Assembly (NCBI GenBank): GCA_964505005.1
Contig: CAZDFQ010000003.1
Location: 1-62,222, forward strand
DNA from: an uncultured Candidatus Saccharibacteria bacterium
GTDB taxonomy: Bacteria; Patescibacteriota; Minisyncoccia; UBA6257; 2-01-FULL-56-20
DNA: 62,222 nucleotides
Direction: 5' to 3'
Position numbers and translations under genes: made by a program. The notes under the pieces are model-generated. The model did not search any database. It worked only from the letters and a program-made list of their open reading frames with translations, and was not told the origin of the DNA. Positions 35,142 to 44,915 of this stretch are shown in pieces (within the stretch, counting starts at the first letter, position 1; every line of letters begins with the position of its first letter).

Positions 35142-35818
35142 TGGAAATTCTTTCTCACCGCGGCCTTGGCTTTGGCAAGCCGGAGAACACCCTGGAAGCT
35201 TTTCGGGCAGCCCAGGAGGCTGATTGCGGGCTGGAAACCGATATCCGAATCGGTTTAAATGGCGAGGTGGTCATTTCTCATGAGCCACCGGTTTTTCCAG
35301 AACTGCTCCAGGCAGAAGCTGCCATCCCGCTCTTCAAGACCTTTAGTCATCCTGTGGCTGTTCATCTTAAAGATGAGGCGCCTGAACTTGGGAATCAGGC
35401 CGGCAAGTTGTTTGAGGGGATAGAATCAGTTTTTCTTTTCGACCCGACCATCGAAACTGCCAGAAAAATCAGAAAAACTTTTCCCAATATCCAGATAGGT
35501 TTCTCGGTTGGCGAAGGGCATTTTTTAAAAACCATTTACTTTTTGGAAGAGGTGTTGGGGCTACTGGAGGGCGACATCATCTGGTGGGACGAATGGACCA
35601 AACTCGGCGCTGTTTATAATGAAGAGCAGATTAAAGCCATTCGGCTAGCCGGGAAAAAGGTCTACGCGATTTCGCCGGAGCTTCATCGAGCAACGGAGCC
35701 GCGCCATGAATTGGCCGCCAATCCGGAGAAATCCTGGGAAAAATTGGTTAGCTTGGCTGTAGACGGAATTTGCACTGATTTTCCACTGGAGTTAAAGGAA
35801 TTTTTGAGGAGAGAATGA
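35138..35818 (+). CDS. Glycerophosphodiester phosphodiesterase-like protein
   Basis: SHRG, ENTLEAF, LETDIR, ISHE, GICTDFP. Confidence 0.8.
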   Translation: MMEILSHRGLGFGKPENTLEAFRAAQEADCGLETDIRIGLNGEVVISHEPPVFPELLQAEAAIPLFKTFSHPVAVHLKDEAPELGNQAGKLFEGIESVFLFDPTIETARKIRKTFPNIQIGFSVGEGHFLKTIYFLEEVLGLLEGDIIWWDEWTKLGAVYNEEQIKAIRLAGKKVYAISPELHRATEPRHELAANPEKSWEKLVSLAVDGICTDFPLELKEFLRRE

Positions 35819-36702
35819 AGCTGGCCCGCCTGATAATTACTTTCCGGGAAGATTTGATTGAGGAGCTCCGTCGCTTTTACTTAGACGAAAAGCGAACGGC
35901 TTTTCTGGTTCTGGCCTGCAACAAGGAGAGCATCGACATTTCCAAATTTAAAGAGAAAGATAATTTTCATTTGGTTTACTATTTCGGGCCAGGACCGCGG
36001 GGCAGCATCTCCGGGCTTCAATATCATGTCTGGCTTGATGTTTTGAAACAATTCGCCGGTTTTGATGGCTGGGTTATTCATGATTACGATTTGGTTTGCC
36101 AGCCGACCGACCAGGAGATTTTTTCGAGGCTAAAAGCCGACGAATACGGAATGATCGGCCGGGCCTTTCCGGTCTGGCAGCCAGGAATGGGCAGAACCGA
36201 CATTGACACCTACCCGTTTCCTCAAGGGCATGATTACTGGTGCGTTGACCGCCGGGGCGGCCAAGCCAACAGCTCCCGAGAAGACCAGGTGAGAAAACTG
36301 CTGCTGGATAAATTTCCTACCTATTTCAAAAATACCAAGACGTTTTTTGGGGGTTATGGTGATTTCTTGGCAGCCACCACGGACAAATTAAAACTTTTGG
36401 AAATTCCCGAAATTCGGGCGATAAAAAACGGCGGCGTTGAACAGATTGTTCACAGCGTTTTGGCCGCCCATAATTTTTCAGCGGTGGACATGCGGCGATT
36501 TTACAAAATGAAAATTAAGCTGGACGGCCGTTATCTTGCTCCAAAACTGCTTTTCAGCGATTATGAACTTCTCCACCCCTTGAAATTCTGGCCGAACGCT
36601 GGCAGACAACCGACCTTCCGTGATAGTATTCAGAATAAGAAGCGGATTTTAAAGACATTTATTAAAAGAATTATTGGCTACGAAGGCTGGCATGAGTGGT
36701 GA
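35815..36702 (+). CDS. Hypothetical protein, possibly glycosyltransferase-like
   Basis: VIHDYD (DxD-like) motif; translationally coupled in the cluster. Confidence 0.6.
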   Translation: MKLARLIITFREDLIEELRRFYLDEKRTAFLVLACNKESIDISKFKEKDNFHLVYYFGPGPRGSISGLQYHVWLDVLKQFAGFDGWVIHDYDLVCQPTDQEIFSRLKADEYGMIGRAFPVWQPGMGRTDIDTYPFPQGHDYWCVDRRGGQANSSREDQVRKLLLDKFPTYFKNTKTFFGGYGDFLAATTDKLKLLEIPEIRAIKNGGVEQIVHSVLAAHNFSAVDMRRFYKMKIKLDGRYLAPKLLFSDYELLHPLKFWPNAGRQPTFRDSIQNKKRILKTFIKRIIGYEGWHEW

Positions 36703-37663
36703 TTTCTCCTATTATAAAAACAGAAAAATTGCGGTTCCGGGCGGCGGCGGTTTTCTGGGCTCGCGGATTGCCAGGCGGCTTAAAGACGCCGGCGCGGAAG
36801 TTTTCGTGCCGCGGACCAGCGAAGGCATTGATTTTCGAGACGAAAAAATCTGCCACGATTATTTAGGAAAAATCCAGCCGGACATCGTCATAAACTGCGC
36901 GGCTTTTCAGGGTGGCATCGGCTTTCATAAGGGCCGAGAAGCGGAGATTTTTTTGGACAATGTGAAGATGGGGCTTTTCTTGATGGCAGCTAGCCAGCGG
37001 GCCGGCGTTAAAAAATTCGTGAACGTGGTGGCCGGCTGCTCCTACCCCGGCTACGAGAACGAAGACGAACTTAAGGAAGAAAATTATTGGAACGGCCAAA
37101 TTCACGAATCGGTTTTCAGCTATGGTTTTGCTCGCAAGGCCTCAGTGGCCTACGGCGCCGCCTTGAAGCGGCAATACAACTGGAATTCCCTTCATCTCAT
37201 TCTGGCGAATATGTACGGACCAGGCGAGCATTTTAACCCCGCTCAATCCAAAGCCCTGGCCGCTCTGCTTTTGAAAATTTATGACGCCAAGAAGAATAAT
37301 TTGCCGACAGTGGAAATCTGGGGAACCGGCAAGCCGGTTCGCGACTGGCTCTATGTCGAGGACGGCGCGGAAGGCATTTTGCGGGCTGCTGAGGTTTACG
37401 AAGACAGCGAGCCGCTTAATATTGCCAGCGGCGTCGGCATTTCGATAAAAGATTTGGCGGAGCTTATCAAAAAAATAATCGGCTGGAACGGCGAATTCAT
37501 TTATAACACTTCTCGGCCGGACGGCGCGCTTAAAAAAACTTTCAACGTGGCGAAAATGAAAGAAAAATTAAGCGGCTGGCTGCCGCCCACGCCCCTCGAA
37601 AAAGGCATTAAGGAAACCCTGGCCTGGCTGGAAAAAAACTACGACTATGCCATTAAACATTAG
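36692..37663 (+). CDS. fcl: GDP-L-fucose synthase-like SDR (paralog 3)
   Basis: PGGGGFLG, AAFQGGI, YGFARK, NMYGPGE, WGTGKPVRDWLYVED; start at the ATG at 36692. Confidence 0.75.
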   Translation: MSGDFSYYKNRKIAVPGGGGFLGSRIARRLKDAGAEVFVPRTSEGIDFRDEKICHDYLGKIQPDIVINCAAFQGGIGFHKGREAEIFLDNVKMGLFLMAASQRAGVKKFVNVVAGCSYPGYENEDELKEENYWNGQIHESVFSYGFARKASVAYGAALKRQYNWNSLHLILANMYGPGEHFNPAQSKALAALLLKIYDAKKNNLPTVEIWGTGKPVRDWLYVEDGAEGILRAAEVYEDSEPLNIASGVGISIKDLAELIKKIIGWNGEFIYNTSRPDGALKKTFNVAKMKEKLSGWLPPTPLEKGIKETLAWLEKNYDYAIKH

Positions 37664-37698
37664 ATTATGGGTTTTGGTATAGGCGCCGGTATTTTATT

Positions 37699-38130
37699 AT
37701 GGAAATAAGAAAAGCGATTCATAATTTTACAGATTTAGATGTATATCAAGACAGCTACCAAGCTGGTGTTAGAGTGCACAAGGGACTACTTCCGAAATTG
37801 CCGAGAGAGGAAAAGTTTGATTTGCGGGACCAGTTATCCAGATCAACCAAGGCTATCCCGCGGCTGATTGCCGAGGGATACGACAAAAAACACCAAAAGC
37901 TCGGTTTCCAGAAATACCTTGACGATGCAATGGCAGAATGCAATGAAACGGTTGTTGGCATCTCGCAATGCAGAGATATCTACAATGTTGACCCGACACT
38001 TTGTAACGAGTTAGTAGAGATATACGATGTAACTGCGCGACGGATTTTCCGCTTAGCGGAAACTTGGGACAAATTCGTCCTCCGTTATAGGGATAAAAGG
38101 ACTGGCATCCAAAACCAAACCTATGACTAA
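37699..38130 (+). CDS. Four-helix-bundle protein (23S rRNA IVP-like family)
   Basis: FTDLDVYQ, LPREEKFDLRDQLSRS…IPRLIAEG, FQKYL…AECNET. Confidence 0.9.
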   Translation: MEIRKAIHNFTDLDVYQDSYQAGVRVHKGLLPKLPREEKFDLRDQLSRSTKAIPRLIAEGYDKKHQKLGFQKYLDDAMAECNETVVGISQCRDIYNVDPTLCNELVEIYDVTARRIFRLAETWDKFVLRYRDKRTGIQNQTYD

Positions 38131-38902
38131 AACTATAGCAGTGCTCGGCGGCCGCGGCATGCTCGGCAGCGACCTGGTCCGCTTTTTAGCCAAAAAATTT
38201 CCCCTTGAAGCGATTGATTTGGATAATTATGAAAACTGCTGCGGCCAAGAATTCGATGTTTTGGTAAATGCCAATGGCAACAGCCGCCGCTTCTGGGCCA
38301 ACACCCATCCTTTGGAGGATTTCGAGGCGTCAACAGTTTCAGTTTATCGAAGTGTCTTGGATTTCAAATTCAAAAAGTACGTTTATATTTCTTCGAGCGA
38401 TGTCTATCCGGAACACGGAAAGCCAGCCACCACCAAAGAAACCCAAGTTATCGATTATTCAAAACTTCCGCCTTATGGCTTGCACAAATATTTGAGCGAG
38501 GAGCTCGTCCGCAATCGCGGCCGCGATTTTTTGATTTTACGCTTAGCACTTATTTTGGGGCGAAGTTTAAAAAAGGGACCGATTTATGATATTCTGGTCG
38601 GGCAGCCGCTTTTTATTACCAAAGATTCGCGTTTGCAAATTATTACCACCCGAGCCATCGCCGAAATCATAGAAAAACTGGTTGCCGAAAATATTTCTAA
38701 CGAGGTGTTTAATCTGGGCGGCCGCGGAACTTTCTCCTTTAAAAAAGCCGAAGAAGTTTTCCAAAAGACGATAGCGGTTTCTCCAGAAGCCCAGCTCCAG
38801 GAATACGAGATGGAGGTGACAAAACTCGGAAAAATATACGCTCTGAAAACTTCCGAAGATTATTTAAAAGAATTCCTTGATTCTTATGGGAAAGGATTTT
38901 AA
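38123..38902 (+). CDS. NAD-dependent epimerase/dehydratase family protein
   Basis: LGGRGMLG, YISSSDVY, YGLHK. Confidence 0.85.
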   Translation: MTKTIAVLGGRGMLGSDLVRFLAKKFPLEAIDLDNYENCCGQEFDVLVNANGNSRRFWANTHPLEDFEASTVSVYRSVLDFKFKKYVYISSSDVYPEHGKPATTKETQVIDYSKLPPYGLHKYLSEELVRNRGRDFLILRLALILGRSLKKGPIYDILVGQPLFITKDSRLQIITTRAIAEIIEKLVAENISNEVFNLGGRGTFSFKKAEEVFQKTIAVSPEAQLQEYEMEVTKLGKIYALKTSEDYLKEFLDSYGKGF

Positions 38903-39830
38903 AAAAATTTTAATCACGGGCGGCGCTGGTTATGTCGGCACCGTGCTCACGGATTTTTTACTGAAAGACGGTTATGAAGTGCGGGCTTTGGACATTTTGC
39001 GGTTCGGCGGCAATCCCATTCTCCCTTTCTTATCGGATAAAAATTACGAATTCAGCCGCGGCGACATCCGCGATAAAGAAGCGGTTGAGAAAGCGGTTGA
39101 AGGAATCGACATTATAATCCATCTGGCGGCCATTGTCGGTTTTCCAGCTTGCCGGAAAGACCCGGTTCTTTCGCGCGACATCAATGTGAACGGCACCAGG
39201 GTTCTGGTCGAGGCCGCCGCTGGCAGGATTCCCGTTCTTTTTGCTTCGACCAACAGCACTTACGGGAAAATTATTGAAAAATATTGTAGCGAGACCACGC
39301 CCTTGAATCCTTTGAGCGATTACGGCAAACAAAAAGCCGAAGCCGAAGAAATCGTCAAAAATAACGGCGAGTTCGTCGTTTACCGCTTTGCCACAGCTTT
39401 CGGCGTTTCGCTGCGTATGCGTTTGGATGTTTTGCCTAATGATTTTACTTATCGGGCGGTTCGCGAGAAAACCCTTATTGTTTATGAGCGGAATTTCACG
39501 AGGAGTTTTATCCATGTCAGCGACATGGCCCGGGCGTTCATTTTCGCCCTTAAAAATTATCCGAAGATGAAAGGAGAAATTTACAATGTCGGCGACAACA
39601 ACCTGCAGCTTTCCAAAGAACAAATTTGTAACCTCATTAAAGAAAAAGTTGACTTCTATCTTCACTTTGCCGATGTTTCCAAAGACATTGAGCAGCGGGA
39701 TTTTGTTACTTCTTTTGAAAAAATCAATTCCCTCGGGTTCAAGACAGTTGTTTCTATGAACGAAGGGCTGGCTGAGCTTATAAAAGCCGCCCGGGTCTTG
39801 GATTTGCCGCCGTCGCCGTATTTTGAGTAA
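38886..39830 (+). CDS. NAD-dependent epimerase/dehydratase family protein
   Basis: ITGGAGYVG, HLAAIVG, YGKQK, RFATAFG. Confidence 0.9.
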   Translation: MGKDFKKILITGGAGYVGTVLTDFLLKDGYEVRALDILRFGGNPILPFLSDKNYEFSRGDIRDKEAVEKAVEGIDIIIHLAAIVGFPACRKDPVLSRDINVNGTRVLVEAAAGRIPVLFASTNSTYGKIIEKYCSETTPLNPLSDYGKQKAEAEEIVKNNGEFVVYRFATAFGVSLRMRLDVLPNDFTYRAVREKTLIVYERNFTRSFIHVSDMARAFIFALKNYPKMKGEIYNVGDNNLQLSKEQICNLIKEKVDFYLHFADVSKDIEQRDFVTSFEKINSLGFKTVVSMNEGLAELIKAARVLDLPPSPYFE

Positions 39831-39844
39831 GCCGAGGAGGAAAT

Positions 39845-40870
39845 TTATTTAAGGAGTTGTTGGTTATCGTTTAACCATTCATAAAGCATCCTAATGCCTT
39901 TTTCTTTATTTATCTTGGGAGTCCAGCCGAAATCCTGTTCCGACCGAGAAGTATCAGCGATAAAAATTTTTTGATCTCCTTCGCGCCAATCAGCAAATTT
40001 ATATTGCGTTTTGCTGCCGCTTACTTCATTTAAAAAATCTATCAATTCAAGCAGAGAAATCGAGTTAGGGACCCCGCCGCCCAGGTTGTAAGCGCGACCA
40101 GCGGTCTTGTCGATGTTTTTTATTGCCTGTTCGTAGGCAGCAATTAAGTCGTCAATGAAAAGTATATCTCTTACCTGCTTGCCGGTGCCGTAAATAGTTA
40201 TAAGCCTTTTGAAGAGCGACTGAATGGCGAACCAGGCAACCCAGCCTTGGTCTTCGAGGCCGATTTGGCGGTAACCGTAAATGCAGGACTGCCTGAAGAC
40301 GATGGTCTTAAGTCCATAAAGGCGTGAGTAATCAATAACATATTGATCAGCTGCTCCCTTCGAGCAACCGTAAGGCGAATGGAAATTCAAATTTCTATTT
40401 TCTGATACCCCTTTCTCATAGTTTTTATCTTTGAAAAAATAGCGTTTTTCTGACTCTATTATTTCTATGTCCGATAAATTGCCATAAACTTTATTGGTCG
40501 ACGAATAGATTAATATTGCCGCTGGCGTAAAATTCCGCATTGCCTCCAGAATATTAAAAGTACCCAGCGCATTAACCTCAAAATCTTCTCTCGGATTTTT
40601 AATCGATGTAGTTACTGCCACTTGACCGGCTTGATGATAGACAATGTTAATATTTTTATTATTGCGAAAGACATTCATTATTTTTTCTGGGCGGCGGACA
40701 TCTTCCTTGATAAATTCAAAATCGTCATTCGCTTTAAGCCAATTGAGGTTGCGTTCTACGCCTGGACGAGAAAGATTATCGAGGACGATAACCTCGTCAT
40801 TTTTATCCATATGATATTTAGTTAAATTGGAGCCGATAAAACCAGCCCCGCCAGTTATTAATATTTTCAT
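39845..40870 (-). CDS. rfbE: CDP-paratose 2-epimerase-like SDR
   Basis: ITGGAGFIG, HQAGQVAVTTS, YSSTNKVYG, SPYGCSK, EDQGWVAWF, GKQVRDIL. Confidence 0.75.
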   Translation of the reverse strand: MKILITGGAGFIGSNLTKYHMDKNDEVIVLDNLSRPGVERNLNWLKANDDFEFIKEDVRRPEKIMNVFRNNKNINIVYHQAGQVAVTTSIKNPREDFEVNALGTFNILEAMRNFTPAAILIYSSTNKVYGNLSDIEIIESEKRYFFKDKNYEKGVSENRNLNFHSPYGCSKGAADQYVIDYSRLYGLKTIVFRQSCIYGYRQIGLEDQGWVAWFAIQSLFKRLITIYGTGKQVRDILFIDDLIAAYEQAIKNIDKTAGRAYNLGGGVPNSISLLELIDFLNEVSGSKTQYKFADWREGDQKIFIADTSRSEQDFGWTPKINKEKGIRMLYEWLNDNQQLLK

Positions 40871-40878
40871 CTATAGAT

Positions 40879-41808
40879 TTATTTTAGCGACCTTCCAGCC
40901 ATTTTGAAATGTTTACTAAGATAGAACGGTTTTAGCTCGCGGATTGATTTTTGTAGCCCTATCTTTAAAGAAATTCTTGGTTGCCACTCTAGCACTTTAT
41001 CGGCTTTAGCAAAAGAACCGAAGAATCCTTGTTGGTCATAGTGGCGCGGCGGAAGATGAACGATTTTACTTTTGCTCTTAGTGAATCGTCGAATGCTTTT
41101 CGCTAGGTCTTCAAGCGATACTGGGTTTTCGGCTACCAAATTTATAGCATCGTAAAATCCACTCCGTCTTTTAGAAATATAGGAGACGGCTTTTTCTATG
41201 CCATTAATAACATCATCGATGTAGACATAATCTCCTAATTGTTTACCACTGCCTTCAATTGTAATGTTTTCATCGCGTAAGGCCTGACCTATAAAGCGCG
41301 GAACTACCCGATCTAAAATGTCATTTTTGCCCGTATAAACCCCACAGAAACGCAAAGTAAGGCATCTTAAGCCGTAATTTTTGGCGTACTGTTCGAGTAA
41401 GTCTTCGCCGCTTTTCTTAGAGACGCCGTAGGCATTCAAAGGGTGCCGTGGTGATTCTTCTTTGGCTGGTAGTTTTCGAAGATTGCCAAAAACTTCTCGG
41501 GAGGAAGCAAAAATTATCCAGGCGGCTGGATTCATCTGTCGGACCGCTTCTAAGACATTAAAAGTTCCGTTTATGTTCGTGGTTAGACAAAGACGGGGAT
41601 CTTGAAATCCCCACTTCGGCCTGGAGATGGCAGCAAAGTGGAGAATGCCATTTATATCGACAACCGCTTTTTTTACGCTGGGAAAGCTACGAATGTCATG
41701 TTTAGTATCGTTTTTGATGTCGAAATTAATAAAAGAAAAACGACGGCCGAGGCGTTTTCTGGTCTCCGAACCGAGGTAGCCGGAGCCGCCAGTAATAAGT
41801 ATCTTCAT
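40879..41808 (-). CDS. NAD-dependent epimerase/dehydratase family protein
   Basis: MKILITGGSGYLG, FASSREV, YGVSK; start moved to the ATG at 41808. Confidence 0.88.
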   Translation of the reverse strand: MKILITGGSGYLGSETRKRLGRRFSFINFDIKNDTKHDIRSFPSVKKAVVDINGILHFAAISRPKWGFQDPRLCLTTNINGTFNVLEAVRQMNPAAWIIFASSREVFGNLRKLPAKEESPRHPLNAYGVSKKSGEDLLEQYAKNYGLRCLTLRFCGVYTGKNDILDRVVPRFIGQALRDENITIEGSGKQLGDYVYIDDVINGIEKAVSYISKRRSGFYDAINLVAENPVSLEDLAKSIRRFTKSKSKIVHLPPRHYDQQGFFGSFAKADKVLEWQPRISLKIGLQKSIRELKPFYLSKHFKMAGRSLK

Positions 41809-41815
41809 TTTGGGA

Positions 41816-42727
41816 TTAGGGGTTTTGAATTTTGTTCCGGAGCCATTCATGGTCATGCACCCAGACGTCTTCTATAGCGATGCCTTGTTCATTAAGAAGT
41901 TCTTTATTAAATTTCCAGTCGGCAGCGAGGAGATCGGCGCAACGATGAAGTTTAAGCTGTTTACAATACGCTATCAGGGCCTTCATGTCTTTGGGGAAAC
42001 AATATCCGCCGAAGCCGCGATAACCGCCGTGGTTTATATCAAGATGCGACTGGCCGATTCTTTTATCAGCTGCCAGCCCTTGACGGACGTTTTCATAGTC
42101 AGCGTTTAATTTCTTGGTAATGTCAGCGATAGCATTGGCAAAAACAATGCGCCTAGCAAGATAAACATTGCCAGCGTATTTTACAAGCTCAGCTTCGGTG
42201 GCGGTGAGATTATATTGTTTGGCTGGCGACCTAAAAGGGGCAGAGGGGAGTAAATTGAGGATTCCCCGGGCCAAAGGACGGCTTTTTTTCGTGAAGCCGA
42301 CAATCTGTCTATCGGGATTTACAAAATTATTCCAGGCCTGTTTTTCGGTAAGAAATTCTGGATTGAAGAGGAGTTTCAGAAGCGGATATTTTTTTTGAAA
42401 ATACTCGGTGGTCCCGGGAGGAACGGTTGATTTAATAACGGCGATTTTCCCGGGCTTAAGGCGTCGGAGGGAGTTTTCGACATACGAGATGTTAGCCGAG
42501 CCATCGGCGTAATTCGGCGAAGGAACGGCAACAAAGATAACATCGGCTTTATTCGGGTCGTCATCTAGTCCTTTTCGGGAATCAGTATCAAACAAAAAAA
42601 GATTGCGACCGCGAACATACTTTCTTTTCTCCTTAAAGTAGCGGGCAACCTGTCTCCCTACCATACCAACACCAATAACAGCCACCCTGGAGGGCTCTCG
42701 CTTATTTTTTCTTTTTGCTGATTTCAT
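41816..42727 (-). CDS. UDP-glucose/GDP-mannose dehydrogenase family protein, short form
   Basis: IGVGMVG, IKSTVPPG, FNPEFL, AELVKY, GFGGYCFPKD; only 303 aa. Confidence 0.85.
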   Translation of the reverse strand: MKSAKRKNKREPSRVAVIGVGMVGRQVARYFKEKRKYVRGRNLFLFDTDSRKGLDDDPNKADVIFVAVPSPNYADGSANISYVENSLRRLKPGKIAVIKSTVPPGTTEYFQKKYPLLKLLFNPEFLTEKQAWNNFVNPDRQIVGFTKKSRPLARGILNLLPSAPFRSPAKQYNLTATEAELVKYAGNVYLARRIVFANAIADITKKLNADYENVRQGLAADKRIGQSHLDINHGGYRGFGGYCFPKDMKALIAYCKQLKLHRCADLLAADWKFNKELLNEQGIAIEDVWVHDHEWLRNKIQNP

Positions 42728-42838
42728 AAACCCGAAGCAATCGGCAATGAGCGCGTTAATTATTTAGGAAACTATATATCACAGCGATGGTCTTGGCAAA
42801 TAAAAGGTAGAGCCGCATAATAAGTATTAAGTTAAACA

Positions 42839-43885
42839 ATGCGCATTCATCTCACTTCTACAGCTTGGCATGGCAACTATCACGGCTTTTTAAGTGAGGC
42901 TTTGCAGGTTTTGGGCCACGAAGTTATTTTTTTCGACGAAGGCGGTTCCCGATTCGACAAACTCTGTCGTAAAATAGCGGTGCGCCTTCCACGGCTTCAA
43001 TATGCTGCGGATGATTTCATCAGAGGCCGCCTCAGCGCGGAGTGGGTACATTCCATTCTCCAGGTAGACCCTGACGTTGTGATTCTTTTAGATTATACCT
43101 GGAATATTCTGCCTTCAATGGCGAGAGAAATAAAAGATAGAGGCTATCAGGTGATTTATTGGGTGACTTCGCCGCCGACCCAGGGAGGCGGGAAAGATAC
43201 TTTGGCCAGCATGAAGTTTAGCAGCGGAGTTTTTACAATTGACCCGGCCTGGATGACTCTCCTATTTGAGAAGTCGGAGTTCGAATTTCTGCCGCTCGCC
43301 GGTTCCCCAGACATTTTCCAGCCGTTACCCGGGGCGAAGAGAGAATATGATGTAGCCTTCGTCGGTAGCCTGGCGCCGCAAAGCTGGGACGGTTTTATCC
43401 GGGCTTCAGCCATTGCCAGTATCCCGGAAAAGTATAAGGTGGCCGTTTTCGGCAAAGGAGTTGATTATTGGTACAGATATTTTCCCGTTCTTGAATCACG
43501 GACCCGGTCAGTTAACAATCTTTCTTTCAAGGATACGAACGAGATTTACAACAAATCTCGGATTATGCTGAACTTGCACTCAGCTTCGCATACCACTTCC
43601 TTCTCGGCCCGAACTTTTGAGATAGCCCTGGCCGGCGCTTTTCAGATTGTGGATAATGTTTCTTGGCGACATGAAGCCAAGCAACTTTTCCCGGGCGATA
43701 TCCTCCAAAGCTTCGGGAGTTTACGGGAGATGAATCAACTGATTGATTACTGGCTGCCGCGGGAAAAAGAGCGGCGGGCCATAGCCGAAAAAACGAGAAA
43801 AATTGTTTTAGCCAGACACACCTGGAAACATCGGGCCGAATCGCTGTTGACAGAAGTATTTAAAAATAAAGCGCAAGAGAATTAA
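42839..43885 (+). CDS. Glycosyltransferase (CgeB/Glyco_trans_1_2-like)
   Basis: YDVAFVG, IYNKSRIMLN, RTFEIALAGAFQ, HTWKHR. Confidence 0.85.
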   Translation: MRIHLTSTAWHGNYHGFLSEALQVLGHEVIFFDEGGSRFDKLCRKIAVRLPRLQYAADDFIRGRLSAEWVHSILQVDPDVVILLDYTWNILPSMAREIKDRGYQVIYWVTSPPTQGGGKDTLASMKFSSGVFTIDPAWMTLLFEKSEFEFLPLAGSPDIFQPLPGAKREYDVAFVGSLAPQSWDGFIRASAIASIPEKYKVAVFGKGVDYWYRYFPVLESRTRSVNNLSFKDTNEIYNKSRIMLNLHSASHTTSFSARTFEIALAGAFQIVDNVSWRHEAKQLFPGDILQSFGSLREMNQLIDYWLPREKERRAIAEKTRKIVLARHTWKHRAESLLTEVFKNKAQEN

Positions 43886-43913
43886 GCTTTTTTTAAAACT
43901 CATTAATCAGATT

Positions 43914-44915
43914 ATGCCCAAACCATTGGTCAGTATAATAATTCCCACTTATAACCGGTCGCGTCTTCTTCTCGAGCGGGCTCTGCCGAGCGCCCTGAAT
44001 CAGACCTATTATAAAACTGAAATCATAATTGTTGACGACGGTTCGACTGATGATACTGCTGATGTCTTGGAACCCTATGTTAAAGGAGGGACAGTTAAGT
44101 ATTTATTTCAGGAACACCAGGGTCCCTCGGCCAGCCGCAATCTTGGCGTGAGGGCCAGCCGCGGGGAAATTATTGTGTTTCTGGATGACGATGACGAATT
44201 TTTGCCTGACGGGGCGCGGCTGGTCGTTGAAAAAGCGGCGTTGTTCCCGCCGTTGGTGGCCGCTTTTGCCTGTAGCATGGAGCTCAGAGACGAGTATGGG
44301 AACAGGTCGTATTTTGAGCCAACCCAAGTTTTTTGGGAAAACGCCATCAGTGGCTGCTGGGCTTTGCGGCGAAAGGTTTTTTTCGACCAGGGTATTTGGT
44401 TCGATGAAGCCATCAGGCGTTTGGAAGATGTTGATTTTATGATGCGGTTTCACAAGCAGTTCCAGTATATGGTAATTCATCAGCCGATTTTCAGGCATTA
44501 CATCAAGATAGCGAAGCCGGATTTGCGCCGCCAGTCCGAGGACAAGATATATTTTGAAAATGGCGCCAAAGACATTGCCAAGGTCGCGGCTCTCTATGAG
44601 AATGTTTACCGCGAAGCCGGCGACGACGCGCTGGCTTGGTTCAGGCGCTTCCAAGGCATTATTTTCTGCCGGGTCGGCAATATGCCCGAAGGCCGGGCGG
44701 CTTTGTCAGCTTCATTTTCAGCCAAGCCTTCAGTTCATTCTCTTTATTTATGGTTAGCGTCGTTATTGGGGCAGGAGACCTTTTTGTTCTTCTGCGGTTT
44801 CCGAACCAGGGTTAAAAGCGTTTTAAGAAGCAGCATCCGGAATTTTTTCGGAAAATTTTCCAATGGAAAGCGCGGCTCCGGCGCCAGTCCCCAGGACAAA
44901 CCAGACGTGCCTTAA
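43914..44915 (+). CDS. Glycosyltransferase family 2
   Basis: VSIIIPTYNR, VDDGSTD, GPSASRNLG, FLDDDD. Confidence 0.93.
   Translation: MPKPLVSIIIPTYNRSRLLLERALPSALNQTYYKTEIIIVDDGSTDDTADVLEPYVKGGTVKYLFQEHQGPSASRNLGVRASRGEIIVFLDDDDEFLPDGARLVVEKAALFPPLVAAFACSMELRDEYGNRSYFEPTQVFWENAISGCWALRRKVFFDQGIWFDEAIRRLEDVDFMMRFHKQFQYMVIHQPIFRHYIKIAKPDLRRQSEDKIYFENGAKDIAKVAALYENVYREAGDDALAWFRRFQGIIFCRVGNMPEGRAALSASFSAKPSVHSLYLWLASLLGQETFLFFCGFRTRVKSVLRSSIRNFFGKFSNGKRGSGASPQDKPDVP

Noticed and set aside
39830-42838. Invertible segment explaining the counter-oriented block
   Set aside because: No inverted repeats found at either boundary
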